Assembly (NCBI GenBank): GCA_050952085.1
Contig: JBMNKH010000002.1
Span: 13,929 to 77,928 of the forward strand
DNA: 64,000 nt
Reading direction: 5' to 3'
Source: Bacillota bacterium
GTDB lineage: Bacteria > Bacillota > Sulfobacillia > Fermentithermobacillales > Fermentithermobacillaceae
The notes below the pieces were generated by a model. It worked only from the letters and a program-made list of their open reading frames with translations. It made no database searches and had not been told where the DNA came from. Positions 20,721 through 29,532 of the stretch are shown here, in pieces; the first letter of the stretch is position 1; each line of letters opens with the position of its first letter. The position numbers were made by a program, and so were the translations under genes.

Positions 20721-21875
20721 ATGGAAAGTTGTTCCTTCAAGAGACTGTTGGCCGTGGTCCTGATAGTAGTCTGGTTATGCGCCGGCAAACCGGCCATGGC
20801 GTCAGCACCTCCTGAGATATCTGCAAGAGCTGCAATCCTGATTGAGTGGCAAACAGGAACTGTACTCTTGGAGAAACGTGGGTTTACACGGATGCACCCG
20901 GCCAGTTTGACCAAGATGATGACTGCTCTCTTAGCTGTTGAACTGGGACGGTTGGAGGACTTGGTCCATGTGTCAGAGGAAGCCGCCTCCCAAGTTGGTT
21001 CGTCAATGAACCTGAGACCGGGAGATGTTTTCACCTTACAGGATCTGCTGTACGGGTTGATGCTGGTCTCAGGAAACGATGCAGCCTGGGCAATAGCAGA
21101 ACACATCTGCAACGGGAAAGCTTCTGAGTTTTTCAAACTGATGAACCAGAGGGCAAAGGAGCTGGGGGCGATCAATACAAGGTTTGAGAACCCCCACGGC
21201 CTTACCGACCCTAATCACTATACCACAGCCTTCGATCTTGCCATCATTGCCAAAGCATGTATGAGACATCCGTACTTCAAACAACTTGTTGCTACCAAAG
21301 AGAAGGATGCGATTGAAGCTGAATCAGGGGTACGCCTGTCCCTTGAAAACACCAACAGGTTGCTGTGGTTTGTTCCGGGAGCTGACGGCGTAAAAACAGG
21401 CACAACGCAAGCTGCCGGACAGTGCCTGGTTGCCTCAGCCACCAGAGACGGTATGCGGCTGCTTTCGGTGGTGTTGGACAGCATGGACAGGTGGCGTGAC
21501 ACTTCCACACTCCTGGAATACGGGTTTAGTGATTTCAAATATGTGAAAGTTGTGCCTGCAGGGGAAATGATTGTTACGTTGCCCGTATCACGTTCTGCTA
21601 CACGACAGGTACCTATCGTTTGCATGAATGATCTTGATGCCTGCATACCGAAAAACGCCTTCGGACTCAGGATTGAACTGGACTTACCTGACAGGATTTA
21701 TCCGTGCCCCGCCGGAACAATAGTAGGCCAGGCAACTCTCCGCTTGGGTGAACAGGTTGTAGGCTATTCAGACCTTGCGACAGGTATCTGGACTAGCCCC
21801 AGCACACCTCTCCGCCTAGTAGCGTGCCTGGCCTCGAAGACCATTGCCATTCTCTTAAGTTTGGGACTCTTGTGA
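20721..21875 (+). CDS. D-alanyl-D-alanine carboxypeptidase (S11, DacB/DacF-like)
   Basis: Signal peptide, SLTKMMT (SxxK), SGN and KTG motifs. Confidence 0.85.
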   Translation: MESCSFKRLLAVVLIVVWLCAGKPAMASAPPEISARAAILIEWQTGTVLLEKRGFTRMHPASLTKMMTALLAVELGRLEDLVHVSEEAASQVGSSMNLRPGDVFTLQDLLYGLMLVSGNDAAWAIAEHICNGKASEFFKLMNQRAKELGAINTRFENPHGLTDPNHYTTAFDLAIIAKACMRHPYFKQLVATKEKDAIEAESGVRLSLENTNRLLWFVPGADGVKTGTTQAAGQCLVASATRDGMRLLSVVLDSMDRWRDTSTLLEYGFSDFKYVKVVPAGEMIVTLPVSRSATRQVPIVCMNDLDACIPKNAFGLRIELDLPDRIYPCPAGTIVGQATLRLGEQVVGYSDLATGIWTSPSTPLRLVACLASKTIAILLSLGLL

Positions 21876-21891
21876 ACCTTGACAGTCGGGA

Positions 21892-22665
21892 CTACCTCAT
21901 TCCCCTGATAAGGGAAGACAAGGTTACCAGGGAAAACCCGCGGTCCTGGACGTACCGGGCTAGTTCGTGCACATATTCAGGTTTTGGCACCATACCCTTC
22001 TTGGTTACACGGATGATAAGTATATCTCCGGGCTTGAGCGAGTCGCCCAGTTTCCTGGCGGCTTTCTCAGGATTACCCCTGAGGGTCTTGCCGTCAACAG
22101 AACCTTTGACCGCATAAAACCCCTGCTCAAAAGCTGCGTTAATAAGTTCCGTGTTGAAACGGCCTGATGGGGGATAGAAAAATGGCATAGGCTCTGATAT
22201 CTTCATCAGGGCATCCCTTGCGCGGCTCAAGTTCACTTCAACTTCTTCGTAACTTAACCGGTCCATAGCCCTGTCGGCGGTACCTGACAGCCCAAACTCG
22301 TAGCCGGCCTCAATGATCTTCTGGATGAGATCTGCCTGGCTTTCTGCAAAGGTTGCAGAACAGAACCATGTTGCGCCCATCTCATTTTCCAGCAGCACCG
22401 AAAGACACTGATCAACTGCATCAGGGGCAGCCTGGAAAACTTCAACCATCACTCCAATTGCAGGTTCTTGGGTGGCTACCCTTACCAAGGGCGTTATCTT
22501 AGCAGTAGCAGCCGGCTCCCGGACCGCGACTCCCAGTCTCGCGCCTAGAACTACTAAAGCGAAAGCAGCAAACAGTGCTATCCTTTGAAAATGGCGCGGT
22601 GTTATGCGGATGAGCAAGAAGACCCCTCCTTCCTCCGGGCAAGGGGCAAAACCGGGATATCTCAA
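21892..22665 (-). CDS. Polysaccharide deacetylase family protein (PdaA-like, NodB domain)
   Basis: N-terminal membrane anchor plus a NodB-like fold (FFYPPSGR, DSLKPGDIL). The exact start is uncertain. Confidence 0.7.
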   Translation of the reverse strand: MRYPGFAPCPEEGGVFLLIRITPRHFQRIALFAAFALVVLGARLGVAVREPAATAKITPLVRVATQEPAIGVMVEVFQAAPDAVDQCLSVLLENEMGATWFCSATFAESQADLIQKIIEAGYEFGLSGTADRAMDRLSYEEVEVNLSRARDALMKISEPMPFFYPPSGRFNTELINAAFEQGFYAVKGSVDGKTLRGNPEKAARKLGDSLKPGDILIIRVTKKGMVPKPEYVHELARYVQDRGFSLVTLSSLIRGMR

Positions 22666-22675
22666 CTGCTAATTA

Positions 22676-23929
22676 CTATGAATCCAAAGCTGAGATGATT
22701 CTGGAGAGGCGCCTCTTTCTTGAAGCTAACGGCCTGGGAATGGAATCTCCTGATTTGTGACAATGCTCGATGCAGTCGAGTACGATCTGAAAGGACGTTT
22801 CAACGTCGTCAAGGCACAGTTCGTAGTACCTTGCCAGCCATAGGTAATCTTCATACCTCGCCTGGCCGCTGCTTATCAAGGTTTTCCAGATTGATGCAGC
22901 CTTATCCCAATCACCTTGTTTTCTCAATACAGTTGCTAGCATCCTGCTGTGAGCCGCCGTGGTTTCTGAATAGGATGGACCGGCGTTATCCAGGGCGGCC
23001 TGCAGGAAGTGCCTGGCAAGCTCCAACTGTCCCTGGGTTACGTAGTGTCTTCCTACCCCTGCAAGCGCAGACGGATCATTGCAGGATTCATAACCCTTGG
23101 TGAAAAGGTGCGCTATATACCTTAAGAGCACCACCATGTCCAGGATATCAAGACGGTTGTGCCTGAATACCTGGCTTAAGACAGAAATGTCATGGTCGCG
23201 TTCGTACATGAAATAGAGGGCAGGTATCATCCTTCCCGGAATGTCATCCAGCCGCTTGATCCCGGGAAACCGTTCTGCACATTCCTTGAGGCTCATCCCG
23301 TAAAAGGGATGCCTTCCCAGTTTCCTTACCACGGAATAAAGGTCAAGGTGGATTTTGTCTTCAATATCCGGAACAAAGTGTGACATGCCGTTCATGATGA
23401 ACCTGGTTTGTAGTACAGGTATATCAAAGCACTTGCCGTTGAAGGTCACCAGTACATGTGCAGCAGCGATTTGTGCACCGATTTCCGCAAGCATGTCTCC
23501 TTCTGAGTCACGGTTTTCCAGGAAAAACTGGGTAAGCTCAAATCCGCCGTCTGTCCACCTGCCCAGGCCGGTGAGGAAAGCTACAGTGCCCGCCCCGGAA
23601 AGCCCTGTGGTTTCAATATCAAGGAAAAGCATTTGGCTGCCTGAACCGGGCCTGGATTCTTGGAATCCTGCCAGGGGTAGGACTGTTTCCAGGGACGTGG
23701 GATGGAGCCATTGGTTTGAACCCGCGCTGTAAACCGCTGTATAGACGCTGAACCCTTCTTTAGTCGCCACTTGTAGCTTCACGTCCGGATAAGCGCAGTC
23801 ACTCAGGTAGGCAGCCGCGCCGGATGCCCTGGGTTCTTTTCCGGACCGGGCGTACCCGGTAGATTCGTGTTGCCTCAGGATATCATCAATGCGTTTTCTA
23901 AGTTTCTCGATAATCTCCCGGTTGGTCAA
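22676..23929 (-). CDS. mrfB: YprB/MrfB-like RNase-H-fold (DEDD) exonuclease with a C-terminal TPR-like region
   Basis: LFLDIETTGLSG exonuclease motif I and a DEDD-like layout. The C-terminus is helical-repeat. It overlaps the upstream helicase gene by 32 nt. Confidence 0.65.
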   Translation of the reverse strand: MTNREIIEKLRKRIDDILRQHESTGYARSGKEPRASGAAAYLSDCAYPDVKLQVATKEGFSVYTAVYSAGSNQWLHPTSLETVLPLAGFQESRPGSGSQMLFLDIETTGLSGAGTVAFLTGLGRWTDGGFELTQFFLENRDSEGDMLAEIGAQIAAAHVLVTFNGKCFDIPVLQTRFIMNGMSHFVPDIEDKIHLDLYSVVRKLGRHPFYGMSLKECAERFPGIKRLDDIPGRMIPALYFMYERDHDISVLSQVFRHNRLDILDMVVLLRYIAHLFTKGYESCNDPSALAGVGRHYVTQGQLELARHFLQAALDNAGPSYSETTAAHSRMLATVLRKQGDWDKAASIWKTLISSGQARYEDYLWLARYYELCLDDVETSFQIVLDCIEHCHKSGDSIPRPLASRKRRLSRIISALDS

Positions 23930-26213
23930 ATCGGGCCTCCTGGGTTATGGATCTTAGCACCTTGACAGCTAACCGCTTGACGCCTTCACCAACCTGTTGT
24001 TCCGGGCCGGTGCATCCCGGGCAACCTTTGGTGCACGGGCAAGACGAGATCAGGTCAAGCGAAGCCTGCAAAATTCCAGGCAGCATTTTGAATGTCTTTT
24101 CTGCCAGTCCCACTCCACCTGGGTAGGAGTCGTACAAGTATATTGTGGGCCTGCCGTCATAGACTGAACGCACCTCTACTGCTACCCCTAAGTCTCTCTT
24201 GTCGCTCATCAGGAACAAGGGAGCTACGTTGAGCAACACATTTGCGATTCCCGAAAGCACGCCTCCTACAGAATGGGGGTCCATCCCTTCAGTAACGTCC
24301 TGAGAAAGGCTGAACCACATGCCCTGGGTGTGCAAATTCATTTCAGGGATACTAATCTCCCCGGAACCTATGTTCTCGTTGGTGTAAAGCTTGAGTTTCT
24401 TGTAGATTGTAGCCAGGGCGGTGACTATGAGCTCGCCGAAATTCACTTTCACATTGGTAGAGTGATATAGATCATCAACAGCCATCACCCTGACTCCCAC
24501 GGCCAGGTTTGCGTCTGTGTAATAGTCTACATCTACCTGCTTCACATACGCTTTCCTGTCATGGTAGTCCAATTTGATCACATGGTACTGCTGTCCTCCG
24601 TGCATGTAAATAGCTTGATCGTGGATGAGCATAGGGGCGGAGGCCCAATCCACTTCACCTATGACGTCACTGCCGTGGGTGGTATCTATTATCACGAAGT
24701 TTTCATTTGTGGCAGATCGCAGGCTAATGCCGGCGGCGGGGAATGAGTCTGATGACCAATTCCACTTGGTTGCTCCTTTATGCAGGATCTTCTGTTCTGC
24801 CAGGTGCTCCAGTATATGTTCCACACCGGTTTGGCCCAGCTTTTGCGGCGCTGCGTCACCGTGGTTGAAAGGCAGTTCGTAGGCTGCACATTTAACATGC
24901 TGTCCAAGGATGTAGGGGTTGTCCGGGTTGATCAGGGCATATTCAGGAGACTGGGCGAAGAAATAATCTGGGTTGTTGACTATGAAACGGTCAAGGGGGG
25001 AACCACCTGATATCAGGATGGCCACTGATTTGCCTTGCTTTCTGCCTGCACGCCCGGCTTGCTGCCAGGTACTCGCAATCGTTCCCGGATATCCTGCCAT
25101 GATTACAGCGTCGAGTCCTCCGATATCGATCCCGAGTTCAAGTGCGTTTGTCGCTGCAATCCCCAGGATATCTCCTTCCCGGATCCCTTTTTCGATGGCC
25201 CTTCTTTCACTGGGCAGATAGCCTCCCCGGTACCCTTGGATCCTGTGTTTTTCGAACTCATTGGGGTAAGAATCCCGTAGATATTGCACGAGAAGTTCAC
25301 AGGACATACGCGACCTTGCAAATACAAGGGTTTGGATGCTCTTCTTGACGAACCGTGCAGCGATCCTGGCAGCTGCGTTTATCGCCGAATGATGTACTGC
25401 ACCATCCCCATCCGGGCCTGAGGGATTGCAAAAAATGAAATCCTTTTCTGATGTGGGCGCGCCGCTCCGGTCAATCACTGTGACACGTTCTCCTGTGAGA
25501 TTCAGGGCAAGTTCCCCCGGGTTTGCGATTGTCGCAGATGCCAGCACAAACTTGGGTTGCGTACCGTAAAATGCGCAGATCCGCTTGAGCCGCCTAAGTA
25601 CGTTAGCCACGTGGCTGCCGAACACGCCCCTGTAGTTGTGCATTTCATCAACTATGACGTACTTCAGGGAGTTGAACAGTTTTGCCCACCTGGGATGATG
25701 GGGGAGGATCGCTTGGTGCAGCATGTCAGGATTGGTGATGATGATCTGGCCCGTTTCCCTTGCAAGCCGCCTTTTGCTGGCAGGTGTGTCGCCATCAAAG
25801 GTAAAACCCTTCACCTTGAAACCACCTTGTTTGGCTGTGTCCTGGATTTCAGCCAACTGGTCCTGGGCGAGTGCTTTGGTAGGGAATATGTAAAGCGCTC
25901 GCACACCGTCATCTTTGAGTATGGCGTCAAGCACAGGCAAGTTATAGCATATTGTCTTGCCTGACGCAGTGGGTGTCACAACGCATATATTTTCCCCTTG
26001 TCTTACGAGGTCGTAGGCCTGTCTTTGATGCGAGTACAAAGCCTCTATTCCTTTGTTTGCCAATGACTGCTTCAGGGCGGGATGCAAGTCATCAGGAATA
26101 TCCAGGTACGAACCGGGAGTCGCCGGAAAATGATGCCATGCTGTTACACAAGCGATAAACCGGGGATCCTGGCGCAATTCAGCCAACACATGTTCCAGAT
26201 CTTTGCCCTTCAT
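23898..26213 (-). CDS. mrfA: YprA/MrfA-like DEAD/DEAH-box helicase with a C-terminal DUF1998 zinc-finger domain; start placed at the internal ATG 26213
   Basis: Walker A (TPTASGKT), DEMH box, helicase C motifs (QQAGRAGR) and C-terminal CPCTKGCPGC. A GGAGG RBS lies 8 nt before ATG 26213. The track ORF extends to 26330 and would abut the divergent amidase start. Confidence 0.8.
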   Translation of the reverse strand: MKGKDLEHVLAELRQDPRFIACVTAWHHFPATPGSYLDIPDDLHPALKQSLANKGIEALYSHQRQAYDLVRQGENICVVTPTASGKTICYNLPVLDAILKDDGVRALYIFPTKALAQDQLAEIQDTAKQGGFKVKGFTFDGDTPASKRRLARETGQIIITNPDMLHQAILPHHPRWAKLFNSLKYVIVDEMHNYRGVFGSHVANVLRRLKRICAFYGTQPKFVLASATIANPGELALNLTGERVTVIDRSGAPTSEKDFIFCNPSGPDGDGAVHHSAINAAARIAARFVKKSIQTLVFARSRMSCELLVQYLRDSYPNEFEKHRIQGYRGGYLPSERRAIEKGIREGDILGIAATNALELGIDIGGLDAVIMAGYPGTIASTWQQAGRAGRKQGKSVAILISGGSPLDRFIVNNPDYFFAQSPEYALINPDNPYILGQHVKCAAYELPFNHGDAAPQKLGQTGVEHILEHLAEQKILHKGATKWNWSSDSFPAAGISLRSATNENFVIIDTTHGSDVIGEVDWASAPMLIHDQAIYMHGGQQYHVIKLDYHDRKAYVKQVDVDYYTDANLAVGVRVMAVDDLYHSTNVKVNFGELIVTALATIYKKLKLYTNENIGSGEISIPEMNLHTQGMWFSLSQDVTEGMDPHSVGGVLSGIANVLLNVAPLFLMSDKRDLGVAVEVRSVYDGRPTIYLYDSYPGGVGLAEKTFKMLPGILQASLDLISSCPCTKGCPGCTGPEQQVGEGVKRLAVKVLRSITQEARFDQPGDYRET

Positions 26214-26332
26214 ATCATGATCCTCCCTTGCTTCGGGATACGTTCCACGTTTTACCTGATGAATATGGCTTTTGTATGCGGTAGTATCTACATATGACCA
26301 CCTTATGTCAAGGAAGAAGGAGGGTACCATTA

Positions 26333-27235
26333 ATGGGAAAAGCTAGACCATTGACCGCTCCCTCAACCAAAACTATAGCCCTTGCTGCACTTGTGATCAT
26401 CATTCTCCTTATTCCTGTTCGAGGTGATGCAGCCCCTCTCCTCCGCCTGGGTGATTATGGTGACAGTGTAGCACAACTGCAAGAGCTGCTCGTGAATGCA
26501 GGCTTCGATCCAGGGCCTGTGGACGGGATCTTTGGCCCAAGGACCCAGGCAGCTACAATGAGTTTTCAAAGAAGCGCAGGTCTGGTTGTAGACGGTATTG
26601 CAGGCCCTGTTACGTGGGGCGCCTTGGAACGCCTGTCAGGTGTATCTAGGGGCGCAGGCCCGTTAAGGGGGAGGACCATTGTAATAGATCCGGGACACGG
26701 TGGGCCGGAACCTGGCGCAATATCATACTGGGGTGACAAGGAGAAGGATTTTACCTTGGGCATTGCCACCAAGGTGAGGCGCTATCTTGAAGACCAGGGC
26801 GCTATTGTAGTCATGACCAGGTACGGGGACTATTCCCCGGGCAGCGATTGGTCACCCCGTCCAGACGAATTGCTTGCCAGGGTGTCCATAGCTAACTCCA
26901 GAGGTGTTGACCTTTTTCTCAGCATACATATTAACGCGTACCCGAAAGACCCCGGCGTGTCAGGGGTAATGGGTTTCTACAGGGCTGGCTCGTGGGAGTC
27001 GCAGCAGCTTGCAAGAACACTTGCCGCTTGCGTGTCAGATTCTACCGGTTTGAGGTACATTGACACCCAACAGGGCCCGTACTACGTGCTCAACAACACG
27101 TACATGCCTGCAGCCTTGATGGAAATAGGCTTTATGACCAACTGGAACGACGTAAGCCTGCTAAGGCAGAACTGGTTCCAGGAAGCAGTGGCAAGAGGTC
27201 TCGCCAGGGGAGTAAGGGAGTTTCTGAACCGGTAA
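26333..27235 (+). CDS. N-acetylmuramoyl-L-alanine amidase (Amidase_3) with an N-terminal PG_binding_1 domain
   Basis: Signal/TM segment, a peptidoglycan-binding repeat (GIFGPRTQAATMSFQRSAGLVVDGIAGPVTW), then IDPGHGG and Amidase_3 motifs. A GAAGGAGGG RBS precedes ATG 26333. Confidence 0.8.
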   Translation: MGKARPLTAPSTKTIALAALVIIILLIPVRGDAAPLLRLGDYGDSVAQLQELLVNAGFDPGPVDGIFGPRTQAATMSFQRSAGLVVDGIAGPVTWGALERLSGVSRGAGPLRGRTIVIDPGHGGPEPGAISYWGDKEKDFTLGIATKVRRYLEDQGAIVVMTRYGDYSPGSDWSPRPDELLARVSIANSRGVDLFLSIHINAYPKDPGVSGVMGFYRAGSWESQQLARTLAACVSDSTGLRYIDTQQGPYYVLNNTYMPAALMEIGFMTNWNDVSLLRQNWFQEAVARGLARGVREFLNR

Positions 27236-27269
27236 GACAAAATATCACTGAAAACAGGATATGCAGGGA

Positions 27270-27310
27270 AACCGGTACCTGTGGTTCGCGCGGGTACCGG
27301 TTTGTTTGTT
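27270..27310 (+). terminator. Rho-independent terminator after the amidase gene
   Basis: Perfect 10-bp stem AACCGGTACC...GGTACCGGTT followed by TTGTTTGTT. Confidence 0.6.
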
Positions 27311-27459
27311 AACCCTGTTCAGGCAAATCAAGGTGCGCTTGGTAACCATCAAGCGTAGAGCCCATCTATTACCTTATGAGTCCCCAAATCCGCTTGATAT
27401 ACTTATGTCAACTATACGTTATGTTAACTATATCCGATTGAGGAGGCAGGCCGGATAAT

Positions 27460-27993
27460 ATGGCCATGGGAAACATCCGTTGGAAATATGTGTTGCTGTG
27501 GGCTTTGTTGGCGCTGTCTGTACTAAGCCTTGGCAGTTACTGTTATAGAGCATATGCATTGGAGCGTCCCCTTGAAAAGAAGCTGGCAGAGGACGCTGAA
27601 GTGCTAATGGCACAGATTGAGAAAGCAAACGGCAAGACTACTGTCGTTGTCAAACTCAAGTATGTGGACAACCTTGCCCAGGCCTATTCCCGGATTGAAG
27701 GCACAGTCAAGGCGTCTTTGGGTACACGCGATTATGAAATACTACTCGAAGACAATTCCGATGAAGTCTTGGAAAAAGCGTATGCGTCGATTCACTATTA
27801 CGTTGAAGAAGCCAGAATCCGGGGCAATTTCGGTGAAATGGCCCACAGGTCACAGACGGCGCTTGAGGATACAAACATAGAGGATTTCCTGCTCACTGTA
27901 GACGGGGAAAGAGTTTTCGTTCAGATGCGCATGGACGACAAGTATCTTTACCGGGTGAGGGAAGTCAATTCTAAAGGGGGCACAGAGTCTTGA
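27460..27993 (+). CDS. Hypothetical membrane-anchored protein (N-terminal TM helix, then a soluble domain)
   Basis: It is 177 aa with a hydrophobic N-terminus (LLWALLALSVLSLG). It ends 4 nt into the next gene, so the two are probably translationally coupled. Confidence 0.4.
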   Translation: MAMGNIRWKYVLLWALLALSVLSLGSYCYRAYALERPLEKKLAEDAEVLMAQIEKANGKTTVVVKLKYVDNLAQAYSRIEGTVKASLGTRDYEILLEDNSDEVLEKAYASIHYYVEEARIRGNFGEMAHRSQTALEDTNIEDFLLTVDGERVFVQMRMDDKYLYRVREVNSKGGTES

Positions 27994-29528
27994 AGCACAA
28001 GGAACTGTTGGTTGGAACAGCCCTTGGAATTCTGGGCTTCCTGGTAACGTTGAGGGTTAATGTCTGGCCTGTACTTGTCCTATGCGGGCTTGGATATTTG
28101 CTGTACACTTCCGGTGGGCAGATCAGGGGAATCGGCAAGAGCAAAGTGGGGACTGTGATCGCTTACACCTCTACTGTCAGGTTTGAAGACATAGGAGGAC
28201 AAGACGTTGCCAAGAGGGAACTGATCGAAGCCCTTGAATTCCTGCGTGACTATGAAAGGGCGAGCGCACTGGGAATCCGCCCCTTGAAAGGGGTGCTGTT
28301 GTCAGGCCCTCCGGGAACGGGTAAGACACTCCTGGCAAAAGCTGCGGCCAGCTATACCGATTCTGTGGTTATCTCAGCTTCGGGCTCTGAGTTCATTGAA
28401 GTCTATGCGGGGCTTGGCGCTCAACGGATACGTGAATTGTTTTCAGGAGCCAGGAAGCTTGCCAGGGAATACAAGAAGCAAGGGGCAGTGATTTTCATAG
28501 ATGAAATTGAAGTGCTGGCAGGAAAACGCGGCGCCCAAGTGGGCCACCTTGAGTATGACCAGACCTTGAACCAACTGCTGGTGGAAATGGACGGGCTCAG
28601 GTTTGACTCTGATGTAAGGATTCTTGTGATAGCGGCTACAAACCGCCCGGATCTGCTGGACCCGGCCATTATGCGGCCTGGCAGGTTTGACCGTACGGTG
28701 ACTGTAGGCCTTCCAGACAGGAAGGGCAGGCTGGAGATTCTCAAGATCCACCTCCGCAACAAACCTGTTGCAGATGAGGTTGACCTTGAAGACCTTTCCA
28801 GGGAAACCTTTGGCCTGTCAGGAGCTCACCTTGAGAGCTTGTGCAATGAAGCTGCCATCAGCACTTTGCGCAGGGGCGGGGTGACTATAAGCTCCCAGGA
28901 CCTTGCAGAAGCGCTCAACAAGGTCATCCTTGGGGAGAAACTGGAAAGACGTCCGTCTGACGGGGAGATGCAGCGTGTGTGCGCACACGAGGCAGGCCAT
29001 GCCATAGTGGCTGAAACGATAAGGCCAGGCTCGGTTGCTCATATTACCGTTTCTCCCAGGGGAAACGCACTGGGTTTTGTGAGGCATTCTCCGGCTGAAG
29101 ACAGGTATCTTTGCCCTAGGGAAGTGCTTGAAGAAGAAATCCAGATCCTGCTTGCTGGTGCTGCCGCCGAGCAATTGATGTTTGGTTCAAAAAGCACTGG
29201 GGCAGCCAATGATTTCCGTAGGGCTCTGGACCTTGCCAAGAGAATCGTATTGTACGGCATGTCTCCCCTGGGGGTTGTTGATAAAGAGACAGTGTCCCCG
29301 GACTTGCTTGCAAGGGTCACAAATGACATCATTCAAAATGCAGAGAGAAATGCCATGAGGATTCTCAACATGCACAGGGCTGTGCTTGAGAGGTTATTTC
29401 ATGAGCTGTTCGAAAAAGAGACTGTTTCATCAGCTGAGTTCAGGCATTATCTCCATGTGCCCGGCAAAGTGTCGTGGAGATGGAGGAAACCACCTGCCCG
29501 GAAGAGTAGAATAAGAAGAAGGATTTGA
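27990..29528 (+). CDS. Short FtsH-like protein: two TM helices, an AAA+ ATPase and an M41 zinc metalloprotease (HEAGH), lacking the extracytoplasmic domain
   Basis: Walker A GPPGTGKT, Walker B IFIDEID, the SRH region, HEAGHAIV HExxH and a downstream D/E ligand. At 512 aa it is about 100 aa shorter than canonical FtsH. Confidence 0.75.
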   Translation: MKHKELLVGTALGILGFLVTLRVNVWPVLVLCGLGYLLYTSGGQIRGIGKSKVGTVIAYTSTVRFEDIGGQDVAKRELIEALEFLRDYERASALGIRPLKGVLLSGPPGTGKTLLAKAAASYTDSVVISASGSEFIEVYAGLGAQRIRELFSGARKLAREYKKQGAVIFIDEIEVLAGKRGAQVGHLEYDQTLNQLLVEMDGLRFDSDVRILVIAATNRPDLLDPAIMRPGRFDRTVTVGLPDRKGRLEILKIHLRNKPVADEVDLEDLSRETFGLSGAHLESLCNEAAISTLRRGGVTISSQDLAEALNKVILGEKLERRPSDGEMQRVCAHEAGHAIVAETIRPGSVAHITVSPRGNALGFVRHSPAEDRYLCPREVLEEEIQILLAGAAAEQLMFGSKSTGAANDFRRALDLAKRIVLYGMSPLGVVDKETVSPDLLARVTNDIIQNAERNAMRILNMHRAVLERLFHELFEKETVSSAEFRHYLHVPGKVSWRWRKPPARKSRIRRRI

Positions 29529-29532
29529 GCGC

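Noticed and set aside
22676-26330. Helicase plus DUF1998 plus nuclease interpreted as an anti-phage defence module (DISARM- or Druantia-like)
   Set aside because: The helicase and DUF1998 are fused in one protein, and the adjacent gene is a YprB-type DEDD exonuclease with a helical-repeat tail. That is the MrfAB DNA-repair architecture. There is no methyltransferase, PLD nuclease or other defence gene nearby, and both flanks are housekeeping genes.
27990-29528. Canonical essential FtsH
   Set aside because: The protein has the AAA and M41 modules but is about 100 aa shorter. It lacks the extracytoplasmic domain between the two TM helices. It was therefore called an FtsH-like paralog rather than ftsH.
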